Shown here: positions 51,407 through 61,389 of the stretch, piece by piece
How the letters are laid out: every line of letters begins with the position of its first letter
How positions within the stretch are numbered: position 1 is the first letter of the stretch
Assembly (NCBI GenBank): GCA_016839745.1
Contig: JAEOTS010000045.1
Span: forward strand, 1-64,000
DNA: 64,000 bases
Direction: 5' to 3'
From: Promethearchaeota archaeon
GTDB taxonomy: Archaea > Asgardarchaeota > Lokiarchaeia > Sigyniarchaeales > SOKP01
Program-made: the position numbers and the translations under genes
Notes under the pieces: generated by a model
The model's database searches: none
What the model was told of the DNA's origin: nothing
The model's input: the letters and a program-made list of their open reading frames with translations, nothing else

Positions 51407-53407
51407 TTACTGTTTTGGGAGAACAAAGCTAAATTCAGTACCCAAATCTCTTCCTTTTGACTCAGCCCAAATTTTTCCTCCATGTGCTTCTATAAAACCT
51501 TTAGCGATGTACAACCCTAATCCACTTCCTTTATCTAGAGTAGAGTATCCTTCAATACCTTGTTCTATTGTAACGAACTTACCGAATAACTTTTGCATTT
51601 CTTCAGGTGTTAAACCTTTTCCGTTATCCTTTATACTAAAAACGAAAGTCTCATCATCTTCAATATTAGAGATAATAACTTTTCCATCCTTCGGAGTAAA
51701 TTTGATAGCATTTGATAATAGATTCAAAAAAACTTGTGAAATTCTGAACTGATCTACTTTTAACTTAAGATTTTCTGAGATTTCAAGGTTAATTGTTAAA
51801 TTTTTTTGTCCAATTTGAAACTCTAAATCAGAAATACAGTTACTTATTATATCGTGAATGTTTTCTTCTCTTTTCACTAACTCTATTTTTTTTGCCTCGA
51901 TTTTCATTACATCTAACAATCGATTAATATACCCTTCTAAGCGTTTGACATTATTCAAAACTCGATTTAAATCCTCCTTAACTTCCTCTTTCAATCCCTT
52001 TTCTCTTAATAGTATCAAATCAATGTATCCTCCAACAGAGATTAATGGAGTTTTCAAATCATGAGCAGCAATACTAATAAAATCAGTTTTCAATCGATCT
52101 AATTCTTTCAATTCGATATTTTGTTCTCTTAATATTCGCTCCGATTCTTTTAATTTTTCCTCAGCGAGTTTCTTTTCTGTTATGTCCTGAATAATAACTT
52201 GAACCATTTGTTTTCCACTTATATTGATGCTTGACAGTTCAGATTCAACCCAGATCAATTCTTTTTCTTTATTATATATTTCGGTAATTTGAGGTTTCAT
52301 AATTGGATTATCTGGTTCTCCTTTAGACATTAAATCCCGAAGTATTCTTAACCCGGGTTTTGTTTCATTGGGAAAAATTCTTGTGAGAGTTAAATAATTT
52401 TTATCGAGAATATCTTCTTTTTTGTATCCAAACAGTTCTGTTGTTTTTGTATTCATATCAACGATTTTACCATTATAATCCATAAGTACGATGCTAAATG
52501 GTGAATTCTCAAATAAATGTCGATATTTTTCTTCAGATTCTTTTAATTTTTGCTCAGCAATTTTACGCTCAGTAATATCTATTACAGAACCGATTGCTTC
52601 AATAGGATTTCCTTCGTTATCCTTTAATAATTCAACTTCATCACGCATCCAGTGATAAGTCCCATTCTTTAATTTGAAGCGGTAATCATATATTGCTACA
52701 AATTCTTTTTCAATTAAGTCTGAAAGTTCTGTTAAAACATGTTCTTTATCATCAGGATGGATTTTATTGAGCCAAAATTCTGAGTTATTCATAAAATCTT
52801 CCGAGGAATAACCCCATTTCTTTAGGACATTATCACTTATAAAAGTAGCTCCATAATCTCCTACAACTTTCGATGTATAAATTATTGCCGGATTAGAAGA
52901 AACTAGAAATTTGAATCTCTCTTCGGATTCTTTTAACTTTTGCTCTGCATGTTTTCGTTCTGTGATGTCTGTGACTGAGATTAAATCAGCCGGTCTACCC
53001 ATGTAATCTACGGATCTAGAATAAATATCTATCCATCTAATTTCTCCCGACTTATTAATGATTCGAAACTGATAGTTAGTTAAATAATCCTTTAAACCTC
53101 TTTGTTTTTTCTCGAGCTGTTCTAAAACCCAAATTCTATCTTTCGGATGGATCAAATCAAAAATTTTTATTGGGCTCAAATGCATTGTTTCCTCCACAGT
53201 ATATCCTGTTAGAACTGTAGATTGCTTGTTAACATACTTTATTTTATTGTCTTGGATAATTGCGATTCCCATTAGAGAGTTATCTGCAATGGTTTTGAAT
53301 TTTTCTTCTAAATCTTTAAGTTCTTTAGTGCCTTCCTCTAACTTTTTTTCCAATTCTTTATTTAATACCATAAGTTCTTCTTTAGACACTGATATATTCA
53401 CCTTCAT
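51407..53407 (-). CDS. Cytoplasmic multi-PAS sensor histidine kinase
   Basis: Three PAS/PAC units ending DITERK; H-box AAHDLKTPL; NLLSNAIKFT, DNGKG, GSGLGL. True start may be GTG at 53389 behind AGGTGA. Confidence 0.93.
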   Translation of the reverse strand: MKVNISVSKEELMVLNKELEKKLEEGTKELKDLEEKFKTIADNSLMGIAIIQDNKIKYVNKQSTVLTGYTVEETMHLSPIKIFDLIHPKDRIWVLEQLEKKQRGLKDYLTNYQFRIINKSGEIRWIDIYSRSVDYMGRPADLISVTDITERKHAEQKLKESEERFKFLVSSNPAIIYTSKVVGDYGATFISDNVLKKWGYSSEDFMNNSEFWLNKIHPDDKEHVLTELSDLIEKEFVAIYDYRFKLKNGTYHWMRDEVELLKDNEGNPIEAIGSVIDITERKIAEQKLKESEEKYRHLFENSPFSIVLMDYNGKIVDMNTKTTELFGYKKEDILDKNYLTLTRIFPNETKPGLRILRDLMSKGEPDNPIMKPQITEIYNKEKELIWVESELSSINISGKQMVQVIIQDITEKKLAEEKLKESERILREQNIELKELDRLKTDFISIAAHDLKTPLISVGGYIDLILLREKGLKEEVKEDLNRVLNNVKRLEGYINRLLDVMKIEAKKIELVKREENIHDIISNCISDLEFQIGQKNLTINLEISENLKLKVDQFRISQVFLNLLSNAIKFTPKDGKVIISNIEDDETFVFSIKDNGKGLTPEEMQKLFGKFVTIEQGIEGYSTLDKGSGLGLYIAKGFIEAHGGKIWAESKGRDLGTEFSFVLPKQ

Positions 53408-53495
53408 AGTTTATATTAAAACCAAAATTTAAGTCATTACAATATTCTGTAAGGACTTGACCAATATTATACCCAAAATCAAAACTTGACGCCAT
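53382..53495 (-). CDS. Possible 37-aa upstream ORF coupled to the histidine kinase
   Basis: GAGG upstream, ATG at 53495, MASSFDFGYNIGQVLTEYCNDLNFGFNINYEGEYISV; stop lies just inside the kinase start region. Confidence 0.3.
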   Translation of the reverse strand: MASSFDFGYNIGQVLTEYCNDLNFGFNINYEGEYISV

Positions 53496-53653
53496 TTTTA
53501 GCCAAAACCTCTTAAACTTATAAGATATAAAGTCCCTAATTTATATTCTAGTAAAGATTTTTAATAATGTTATTCTTTCCTTAAAATTGTAGTATAAAAA
53601 AATTAAAGAGAAATTTCTGATCTTTAATATACTAATAGTTATTAAATGATATA

Positions 53654-54262
53654 ATGGTTGTTATTGAACCTTCTTTTGAGATCGACGAGAAAGGACGAGT
53701 AATTTGCCAATCTCATTCAAAATATCCTCAATTTCTTCAACCACATATGACCGATCTAGAGGATATTCAGATGGAAAAACAATTAACATGCAAATCATGT
53801 GCACATTATATAAATGATGATTGTTATTTCCCCAGATCTGAAATAGATAAAATTGAGTTAGACAGGTTAACCAGGTCTCGCTTTCAATGCAACCTTTGTG
53901 GAAATAAAATCGATAGAATGTTGACTATAATACAAAAAATCTATTTTGAAGTCAAGTTTAACATGAACATGCCTTTAATTTGTTGTAATTGCTATCTGAG
54001 CTTACAAGAAAATAAATTTATTGAAAATAATAGAAGACGAATTTTTGAATCATTATCCTTCTATACACCTAGTATATTTTTAATTATAAATCCATACCCC
54101 TTTAATGTTGCTGCTGTTTTGATATATGTCTTTTTTGTAATCGTTCTAAAAATTATCATTAAGCAAAAGTTTCATTACAGTCTTTTTTTATTGGATTTGC
54201 TCAAAGGAAAAAAGTTCTACGAAAAAAATTTTCGAGATAAAGATAAATTGGATCTACCCTAA
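53654..54262 (+). CDS. Cys-rich putative Zn-binding membrane-anchored protein
   Basis: CQSH, CKSC...C, CNLC, CCNC; C-terminal hydrophobic segment(s). Confidence 0.7.
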   Translation: MVVIEPSFEIDEKGRVICQSHSKYPQFLQPHMTDLEDIQMEKQLTCKSCAHYINDDCYFPRSEIDKIELDRLTRSRFQCNLCGNKIDRMLTIIQKIYFEVKFNMNMPLICCNCYLSLQENKFIENNRRRIFESLSFYTPSIFLIINPYPFNVAAVLIYVFFVIVLKIIIKQKFHYSLFLLDLLKGKKFYEKNFRDKDKLDLP

Positions 54263-55363
54263 ATTTCCAGCCCAACCTCGCACTTTTTTTCGCATCCTTT
54301 CTTGTTTTATAGCAATCAAATCAATTTCGCTTTTGTTTTTATTCTTTAAATTCTCTATTTCGGGAATAAATTGGTATTTGATAAAATAATTTTTGATTTC
54401 TTTTGATATTAAATTGTCTGGAATTTTTTGAGGATTATTTCTGAAACCATTATAAAGAGACTCCCAGGATTCGAGAAAAGCATCTATATTATCCTTGTAT
54501 TCAAAGACAGGAAGTGTACCTAAGTTGTTTGTAGTAGTGATTGCGATATTTGCTCTACTAACAGTAAATCGATTACCATTGAATGAAACGGCTATACCAT
54601 CTTCGTCTTTTAATCTTTGGAGCATGTTTATATCCGTAATTGAATCACCTAATGCTACAATTTCTGAAATTGGAACTTGAGTCTGATTAGAAATAGCCTC
54701 AACTGCTAATTCCTTTCTCTTTCCTCCTCGCACTCGAATTAGATCCATGGCCTTGATATAATCAGAATCTTCTCTTTTCCAGAAAAAATCGTTTAATTCG
54801 TTTATGACTTTGTCTAAATGTTTGCCACTGTCGATAAAATGCTGGAAAATACCCTTTACCAGTATGTCTACATCGCTCTTAATGTTATGAAAAGTTTCAC
54901 TCGCGTTTTTTATATTCAACTCGGTGCAAAAAACATGATCAGAAGGAATTTTTAACTCTTTAGCTATATTGTAGGCAAAGTGAGAATAGCTTGTAGATAT
55001 GATATATATATCCCAATCTCTATGGAGCCTTTCCATAAGATCTATACACCCAGGTAATAGCCCCAGACTTTGTTTGGCTATTCCTATTAGTTCCTCGTCG
55101 GAAAAAGAAGAAATATATAATGGCGCTACTAACCTTAGTGTATCTCCAGGTTGGTAATCGGGTATATTTAATTCTTCTTTAACTCCGGGGACTTCAATTA
55201 GGTAATCATCGTACTCCGATAACATCTCATAAAAGCCTCCCATGTTATATTTTTGTAAACCAAGGTTAGATTTATTACCCAGTAGCTTGCTCAAATCTGC
55301 AGCGAAGTCAAGAACACTGATAGGCCCCTCTAGATCCCAGCAACAAACATTTTTTACTGTCAA
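54254..55363 (-). CDS. HAD-superfamily hydrolase (archaeal COG4030-like)
   Basis: WDLEGP, YDD, PGDTL, ISTSY, GDSITD, SFNGN. Confidence 0.78.
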   Translation of the reverse strand: MTVKNVCCWDLEGPISVLDFAADLSKLLGNKSNLGLQKYNMGGFYEMLSEYDDYLIEVPGVKEELNIPDYQPGDTLRLVAPLYISSFSDEELIGIAKQSLGLLPGCIDLMERLHRDWDIYIISTSYSHFAYNIAKELKIPSDHVFCTELNIKNASETFHNIKSDVDILVKGIFQHFIDSGKHLDKVINELNDFFWKREDSDYIKAMDLIRVRGGKRKELAVEAISNQTQVPISEIVALGDSITDINMLQRLKDEDGIAVSFNGNRFTVSRANIAITTTNNLGTLPVFEYKDNIDAFLESWESLYNGFRNNPQKIPDNLISKEIKNYFIKYQFIPEIENLKNKNKSEIDLIAIKQERMRKKVRGWAGNLG

Positions 55364-55490
55364 GTTCTAATACCTAATATTTGTGTGTCGATTCATATGA
55401 AAGATTATTTGTAGTATATAATTTTAATTGATTTCTTATTAATTTGATATCAGTCTCAAGATGCACAAAGACAAATTTACAAAAACAGAC

Positions 55491-55982
55491 TCACAAAGAA
55501 ACCTTAAATATATCTTGAATCGATCTTTCTTTTCTTTCTTTCTCGATTATTTGACGCCAGTTTGGCTTAATTACATCGAAGGCATTCTCAGTAAGTTGTA
55601 CTAATTTTTCGTCAGAAATGTTTAGAAAATAACTTAAAGATTCTAAAGCTCTCTTGTCTTTTATTCTGGTCAAACTTTCGATAATGAATATAACTCTTAA
55701 TTTGTCTAATTCTATTTCTGGTTTCTTAATTTCTTCTTCTAATTTTTCTATAATTCTCAGTGTAGCTCTCCCATCCTCTATTCGTCCTAATGCTTCTATT
55801 ATTCTATTTATCACAATAGGATCATCCTCAGATTTTAACGCACGACATAATAAGTTAACAGCTCGACCATCTTGTAGAAAACCAAATTGTCTTGCTGCTT
55901 CAGCTCTTTTATCAGAATCTTTATCGTGAAACACTTGTTTTATTAACTGATTAAAATTTGTGTTTTTAGCTTGCCAATTCAT
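55491..55982 (-). CDS. Short HEAT-repeat protein
   Basis: RAEAARQFG...DGRAVNLL, IIEALGRIEDGRA, IIESLTRIKDKRA. Confidence 0.8.
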   Translation of the reverse strand: MNWQAKNTNFNQLIKQVFHDKDSDKRAEAARQFGFLQDGRAVNLLCRALKSEDDPIVINRIIEALGRIEDGRATLRIIEKLEEEIKKPEIELDKLRVIFIIESLTRIKDKRALESLSYFLNISDEKLVQLTENAFDVIKPNWRQIIEKERKERSIQDIFKVSL

Positions 55983-56080
55983 AATCCATGTAGAGTTAAA
56001 ATCGAAATTATTATAATTTGATCTTTATAAAATATAATTCAGTAAGTAATGAATGAGTATTTTAAATTGTGAGTTAGATT

Positions 56081-57403
56081 CTATTGTAAGAGATAATTCA
56101 TGTGATTTATTCTTTTTTGGAGTAATTTCTGCGTTCCTATATCTTTTCTATAAAATAATTTGCCACTAATGCATCCAACTCCTTGTTCAGCAACTTTCTC
56201 AGCGCCTTCTAGGTTATTAGCAATCCCAATTATCCCCATGGCTCTCGATGATGTAGTGTAAACATTTTCACCTTCTCTATATACTGAAGCGTAGTAATAC
56301 TTAGCCCCAATTTGCTCCAGTTTTTCCTTATTTATTATTACTAATTCATCCTTTTTCGGAGAAGTAGGGTATCCTTCAGGGGCTAAATATTTGCACACAG
56401 TTGCTTTTTTTTCAAATTCAATCTCTGGCTTTAAATTCCCATTAATAATTCCCATACAAATATCTATGAAATTAGTTTTCAACAGGGGTAAAATGTTCAT
56501 TGCTTCAGGATCCCCAAGCCTTGCGTTAAATTCTATTAATTTAATGCCTTTTGCGGTTTTAATATACCCGCCGTAAAGGAATCCTTTATATTCAACTCCC
56601 GTTTCTGCCTTCGTTGCTGCTACGACTTTCTTCATGTCTTCAATTGCTTCATTTACATCTTCTTGTGAGATAAAGGGCATAAGATGGTTTTCCATCGAGT
56701 AACTTCCCATACCTCCGGTGTTGGGGCCTGTATCGTCTTCGTAAGCTCTCTTATGATCTTGAACTAGTGGAGTAGCAATTACATTCTTGCCGTCAACGAA
56801 TGTTTGAAGCGTAAATTCTTCTCCTTCAACTTTTTCCTCGAGAAGAAAAGAAGCTTTTTGATCGACTAAAGCTTGACAATATTCCAAAATATCTCGTTTA
56901 GAAAAAAGATGATCCCCATATACCTTTACGCCTTTTCCACCTGTTAAACCATCTGGTTTGACAACTATATTTTCTTCTCCTAACTCATCAATATAGCTCT
57001 CTAAGTTTTCCATAGAATTGTAACTCTTACTATTGATGTTTGAAGTGATTTTATATTTTTCTAAGAGAGATCTAACAAAAATTTTTGATCCTTCTAATTG
57101 GGCAGCTTCAATTCCTGGACCTACGCATGGTATTCCATTCCTTTCTAAAGCGTCAACAATTCCTACTACTAAAGGTGCTTCTGGACCAATTACAGCAAAA
57201 TCAATATTGCTTTCTTTCGAAAATTCAATAATTTCCTTAAAATCAGTCTCAGAGTGAATTTTTATTCTCCCATGACTTAGATCTTCTAATCCCGCATTTT
57301 TAGAACTCATGAACGCGTATAATTCGGCTCCATCTCTGACCAGCGTCTCTCCTATTACATGTTCTCTCGCTCCATGTCCGATTATAAGAGTTTTGACTGT
57401 CAT
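56081..57403 (-). CDS. purD: Phosphoribosylamine-glycine ligase
   Basis: GHGAREH, GPEAPL, LEGSK, KPDGLTGGKGV, QDHKRA, GPNTGGMG, EFNARLGDPE, YRKDIG. Confidence 0.96.
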   Translation of the reverse strand: MTVKTLIIGHGAREHVIGETLVRDGAELYAFMSSKNAGLEDLSHGRIKIHSETDFKEIIEFSKESNIDFAVIGPEAPLVVGIVDALERNGIPCVGPGIEAAQLEGSKIFVRSLLEKYKITSNINSKSYNSMENLESYIDELGEENIVVKPDGLTGGKGVKVYGDHLFSKRDILEYCQALVDQKASFLLEEKVEGEEFTLQTFVDGKNVIATPLVQDHKRAYEDDTGPNTGGMGSYSMENHLMPFISQEDVNEAIEDMKKVVAATKAETGVEYKGFLYGGYIKTAKGIKLIEFNARLGDPEAMNILPLLKTNFIDICMGIINGNLKPEIEFEKKATVCKYLAPEGYPTSPKKDELVIINKEKLEQIGAKYYYASVYREGENVYTTSSRAMGIIGIANNLEGAEKVAEQGVGCISGKLFYRKDIGTQKLLQKRINHMNYLLQ

Positions 57404-57637
57404 AATTTTAGTCTTCTTTAGATGAATTTCTATTGAGTATTAAGATTATATAATTAAATTTAAATTGTTTTATATCAAATTTAAAGTAATTATTAATCAA
57501 ACATTATAAATCTGACTTTCTTAATTCTCTTGCAAAAAGTATAATTCATTCGAAATGTTAATATAGGAACTATCTTAAACAAATTTAAAACTTGAATAAT
57601 ATAAGCATTATGAAGGCTAAAGGTATATTCACTCTAA

Positions 57638-57930
57638 CCGATAAAAATTTCTTCTGCTTGGGGGATTGTAAAACAACAAATAGCTGAAAATAAATTATCT
57701 TTTAGCCTTTCTATTTCTTTTGGGAGCTACCACTTAAATCAATACAGCTAGCATCCAATGAAACAATTGAGGTTAATCAAATCCAAAGCTGTATAATTGT
57801 AAATTCGGAAGAAATTATCGTTGTTGATGCAACCTTAAATTTGAGTGACGCTATGATCAAAATAACTTTATTAAAAACAGTAACCTTTAAAGAGAATCAA
57901 TATCTTCAAGTTCAACTAAATAATTTATAA
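57638..57930 (+). pseudogene. Frameshifted gene fragment (C-terminal beta-rich domain, possibly of a glycoside hydrolase)
   Basis: SAWGIVKQQIAENKLSFSLSISFG joins by a -1 shift at the G-run ~57722 to ELPLKSIQLASNE...YLQVQLNNL*; no start codon. Confidence 0.4.
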
Positions 57931-57980
57931 TTAAAAAAAGATTCAAGGAAAAAGCATTAACAGATTTATCCTTGATTATA

Positions 57981-58568
57981 TTATTCTACTTTTTCACCAC
58001 ATTTTGCGCAAAATTTGGCTTCTATAGGGAGATCTCTTCCGCAATTATGACATTGCTTACTAGTTTTTTCTTCCTGATTTTCAACTGCTTCCTTTTTAAC
58101 TTCAGTTAAATCAGATCCACAATGAGGGCAAAATTTAGCATCTTCGTCAATTTTATCCCCACAAAAGGGACAATTTACTTTAACAGTTGATTTTTCTTCA
58201 ACAGGTTTAGAAACCAAGGATATAGGTTTAGTCGCCTCTTGAATCCCTCCAACTTGAAGAGTAATTGGTAATTCGATCATATGTCCTTTCTTCGTAGTGA
58301 GAGTCGCTGTAAGAGTAAAAATACCATCTGCTTTAGGTAAAACCGTAAATAAACGATTCTTGCTATTTCGCTTTGCTATTCCTCCGTAAAATTCTATTTT
58401 AACCAGTAATTTAACTTCGGGGGGACCTGACAATTTTACCTTAACTTGAGGAATATAGTTATCTGTAAGATTTTGTACTGTTATATAAAATTCTTTACGT
58501 TTATTGAGAGTAGTATATAATGAGTCTACATTACCCTTTAAACTAAAATGAAAATCTGTTGCTGACAT
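57981..58568 (-). CDS. Beta-sandwich domain + double zinc-ribbon protein
   Basis: CPFCG...FCPHCG and CHNCG...FCAKCG. Confidence 0.82.
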   Translation of the reverse strand: MSATDFHFSLKGNVDSLYTTLNKRKEFYITVQNLTDNYIPQVKVKLSGPPEVKLLVKIEFYGGIAKRNSKNRLFTVLPKADGIFTLTATLTTKKGHMIELPITLQVGGIQEATKPISLVSKPVEEKSTVKVNCPFCGDKIDEDAKFCPHCGSDLTEVKKEAVENQEEKTSKQCHNCGRDLPIEAKFCAKCGEKVE

Positions 58569-58712
58569 TTTCTTTTTTTGATTAACTTTTTTAATTTTTT
58601 AAGGATGCAAAAATCTATCTTATATAATCTAAATAAATTTCATAATATATATAATGAGGAGCCCAATTTTTTTTTTCAAAATATTAAAAAAATAATAAAA
58701 AAAATTATAGAT

Positions 58713-59879
58713 TTATTTACGATAAGATCCGTAAGTTTTGCACGCATCGCACATAGCTTTAATATTTTCTAATTTTGCGTCGTCTGGAATTTCTGAGCCA
58801 ACGATTAAACCTCCACCATCAGCACACTTATCAATAATTTCCTTTACTTGCTTTTCAACCATGTTAGGGGTACCAACTGTAAATAATGACGGTTTTAGAT
58901 TACCTTCGATACATAAATGTCCTCCAAGTATTTCCTTTGCTTTGAAAATATCTGTTCTCTCGTCCATATGCAGATATATCTTACCTTTAGGTAAATCAAG
59001 GAAATAATGCAACCGATCAGTCCAATTAGTATCCATGTGCATTTGAACAATATATCCTTTCTTGACGTAAGTACTAACTGTTTTTTTGAAATATGGCCAA
59101 AATAATTCTTCAAAATGTTTAATAGATATAAAATCAGAACTTGCTCTTGCGCCTCCAACTAAAAGCGTCTTCCCTTGGCTCTGAGTAATCCCATATTCCC
59201 CCATACGTATAAAATCGTCAGTATATTTATCGCAAATTTCTATAATTTTGTCACTATGTCGATAAATATCTTTCATAAAATTGGTAGAACCTCGAAATGT
59301 TGAAAGAAGATCAAATATTGTCCCACCTGCTCCATCGTTGAAAGTAGGTACTTTAAAGTGCTCCCACCATTTAATTGTATTCTCTACAACTTTAGGAGCA
59401 ATCTTACTTAATTTCATCATATCACCCATTTTCGCATTGTTAAAATTTGCAAGCCAGAAAAAACCATCTTTAAGAATTTTGTCGTATTCTTCAGCCTTGA
59501 GAAATGGATCTGTTAAACTTCGTTCAGCAAGTTGTGGTGGGGCATTAGGGGATAGTTGTCTCCCAGGTAATTTCCAGTCTAAATAATATACAGAGAACAT
59601 ATCAGGAAAAGGATTTACATATTGCATATACATGCCTCCTCCGGCCATAGCAATATCAAAACCTCCCATTTTATGATATATCCACTCCATTGCTTCTTGA
59701 GCTTTATCGGGATTTTCAAGCATATCTTGGGCTGATATGTGATCAAGATACTTAGTCTGAACGAAATCGATCAAGGGCCATATTGGGACTCTATCAGGTT
59801 CTTTTAATTCCATTGCCGTTAGCATTCTTTCTACGCTCGTCATTGCCTCTTCTTTTATTGGCTCCAATTTAAGCAGCAC
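58713..59879 (-). CDS. Uroporphyrinogen decarboxylase-family methyltransferase (MT2/MtaA-like)
   Basis: EPDRVP, FEELFWPY, HMD, TDIFKAKEILG, GNL, GGGLIV; follows the corrinoid protein gene. Confidence 0.85.
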   Translation of the reverse strand: MLLKLEPIKEEAMTSVERMLTAMELKEPDRVPIWPLIDFVQTKYLDHISAQDMLENPDKAQEAMEWIYHKMGGFDIAMAGGGMYMQYVNPFPDMFSVYYLDWKLPGRQLSPNAPPQLAERSLTDPFLKAEEYDKILKDGFFWLANFNNAKMGDMMKLSKIAPKVVENTIKWWEHFKVPTFNDGAGGTIFDLLSTFRGSTNFMKDIYRHSDKIIEICDKYTDDFIRMGEYGITQSQGKTLLVGGARASSDFISIKHFEELFWPYFKKTVSTYVKKGYIVQMHMDTNWTDRLHYFLDLPKGKIYLHMDERTDIFKAKEILGGHLCIEGNLKPSLFTVGTPNMVEKQVKEIIDKCADGGGLIVGSEIPDDAKLENIKAMCDACKTYGSYRK

Positions 59880-60513
59880 CTCCTAACCATTTTTTTACAA
59901 TCTTTACCCCTTCAAAGGCATTATCGGTGAAAGCGTCAGCACCTGCTTTCTTCATCCAGAGTTCATCCACAGGAAGACCACCTATAATTATCTTTAGATT
60001 TTCTCTAAGTCCGGCAGCTTTTAAAGCCTCTGTCGTAGCATGCATTGACTCTAATGCTACTGTTAAAAGTCCTGAATAAGCAACAACTTTGGCATTAGTT
60101 TCTTTTACTTTTTCTACAAATTCTTGCGAGGGAATATCTACCCCTAGATCAACGACATTATAACCAGCCGATTTCAATAAAGTTACAAAAATATTTTTTC
60201 CAATGTCATGAACATCCCCCTCAACAGTTCCAATTACGACTGTTTCTAATTTGGCTCCTTTATTTACATCTTCTTTCATATAAGGTTTAAGTAAAAGAGC
60301 AGATTGTGAGAAAATCTCGCCAGCCATCACTAATTCAGTTAAAAAATATTCTTTTTTATTAAACCTTTCCCCTACAACTTCTACTCCTTCTCTTAGAATC
60401 TCTATAACTTCATTTGTCCTTACTCCTTCTTTCAATAACAGATTAACTAATTTATATGCCTTATCCTCATCAAGATCGATTACAGCTTTAAGTAAATCTT
60501 CTCTATTTGTCAA
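59869..60513 (-). CDS. Cobalamin-binding corrinoid protein (MtaC/MttC-like)
   Basis: VGERF...YFLTEL, GTVEGDVHDIGKN, DLGVD, SGLLT, IIGG, GAD. Confidence 0.93.
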   Translation of the reverse strand: MTNREDLLKAVIDLDEDKAYKLVNLLLKEGVRTNEVIEILREGVEVVGERFNKKEYFLTELVMAGEIFSQSALLLKPYMKEDVNKGAKLETVVIGTVEGDVHDIGKNIFVTLLKSAGYNVVDLGVDIPSQEFVEKVKETNAKVVAYSGLLTVALESMHATTEALKAAGLRENLKIIIGGLPVDELWMKKAGADAFTDNAFEGVKIVKKWLGGAA

Positions 60514-60514
60514 T

Positions 60515-60664
60515 TTATTTTCCTCCTACTTTTTTCTTCATAAATCCCATTATTAAGCGACGCATCGAAAATGTTTTCTTCTTATCGCCCCATAATATGT
60601 GACCAATAGCTTTATTAATCTCTTCTTTTGAGGAGTATTTAGGTTTTTTTGAGAATTCTTCTAT
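60515..60664 (-). CDS. Small 49-aa basic protein, probable ATA start, first gene of the corrinoid operon
   Basis: GAGGTG (60677-60672), 7-nt spacer, ATA GAA GAA...; reads (M)EEFSKKPKYSSKEEINKAIGHILWGDKKKTFSMRRLIMGFMKKKVGGK*; stop is 1 nt before the TTG start of the corrinoid gene. Confidence 0.55.
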   Translation of the reverse strand: MEEFSKKPKYSSKEEINKAIGHILWGDKKKTFSMRRLIMGFMKKKVGGK

Positions 60665-60829
60665 AATATAACACCTCTTATTCATAATGGTATTATTTAA
60701 TTCTTGCTCTTAGAGTATTTAAGGTTTTAATATAATTTAAAAATAAAATTTAGTATTCAACTCTACGAAGATTGGAGGATTTCGTTTTTAAGTCGAGAAT
60801 TAAGGTAATTATCCAACTAGAAATATAAT

Positions 60830-61354
60830 CTACTCGAGCATTCTTTGCTTAAAAACCTCTATAGTCTCAGAGATTTCGTTTAAACGCACTGAAAACTCTT
60901 TAGGCTTTAATTTCTTTAATTTTTCAAAATTGTTTACAATTTCCTTAAACTCACTAATCCAGATCTTCATTAAAATCTCACTCTCTTTTCCCTCTATTCG
61001 CTTATTAATGACTTCTGCAATGGATGAGTTTATTTTGTCCATAAGTTTTTTTTCATTAATCGTATAGGAAATTCTTAGGACATCTTGTTGGGTTTTAATT
61101 TTCTCCATATCTTCTTTCATGGAAGTTTTATGTTTTAAAAGTTCTTCGTTGAACCTATTAATCATATCCATAATAATTTCTTCTTGAGTCCTAATTGTTT
61201 GCTCGATCCGTTCTTGGCTAGATAAAATATCACTTTTGATTGATCTTATCTCTTCTTTTATAAAATGGATATCGTCTTCCGTGTTTTTTACTTGATAAAT
61301 TAAATTTTGAAATTCCTTAATTGTTATCTCTTCAATTTTTTCTTTTTTGGGAAT
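60830..61354 (-). CDS. Coiled-coil protein, 174 aa, probable ATT start (track start 61171)
   Basis: AGGTGG (61366-61361), 6-nt spacer, ATT CCC AAA AAA GAA; 61 extra open codons of heptad-like sequence in frame with 61171; in-frame TAA two codons upstream. Confidence 0.72.
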   Translation of the reverse strand: MPKKEKIEEITIKEFQNLIYQVKNTEDDIHFIKEEIRSIKSDILSSQERIEQTIRTQEEIIMDMINRFNEELLKHKTSMKEDMEKIKTQQDVLRISYTINEKKLMDKINSSIAEVINKRIEGKESEILMKIWISEFKEIVNNFEKLKKLKPKEFSVRLNEISETIEVFKQRMLE

Positions 61355-61389
61355 TGTTTACCACCTTTTATAAATAAATCAAAAATGGA

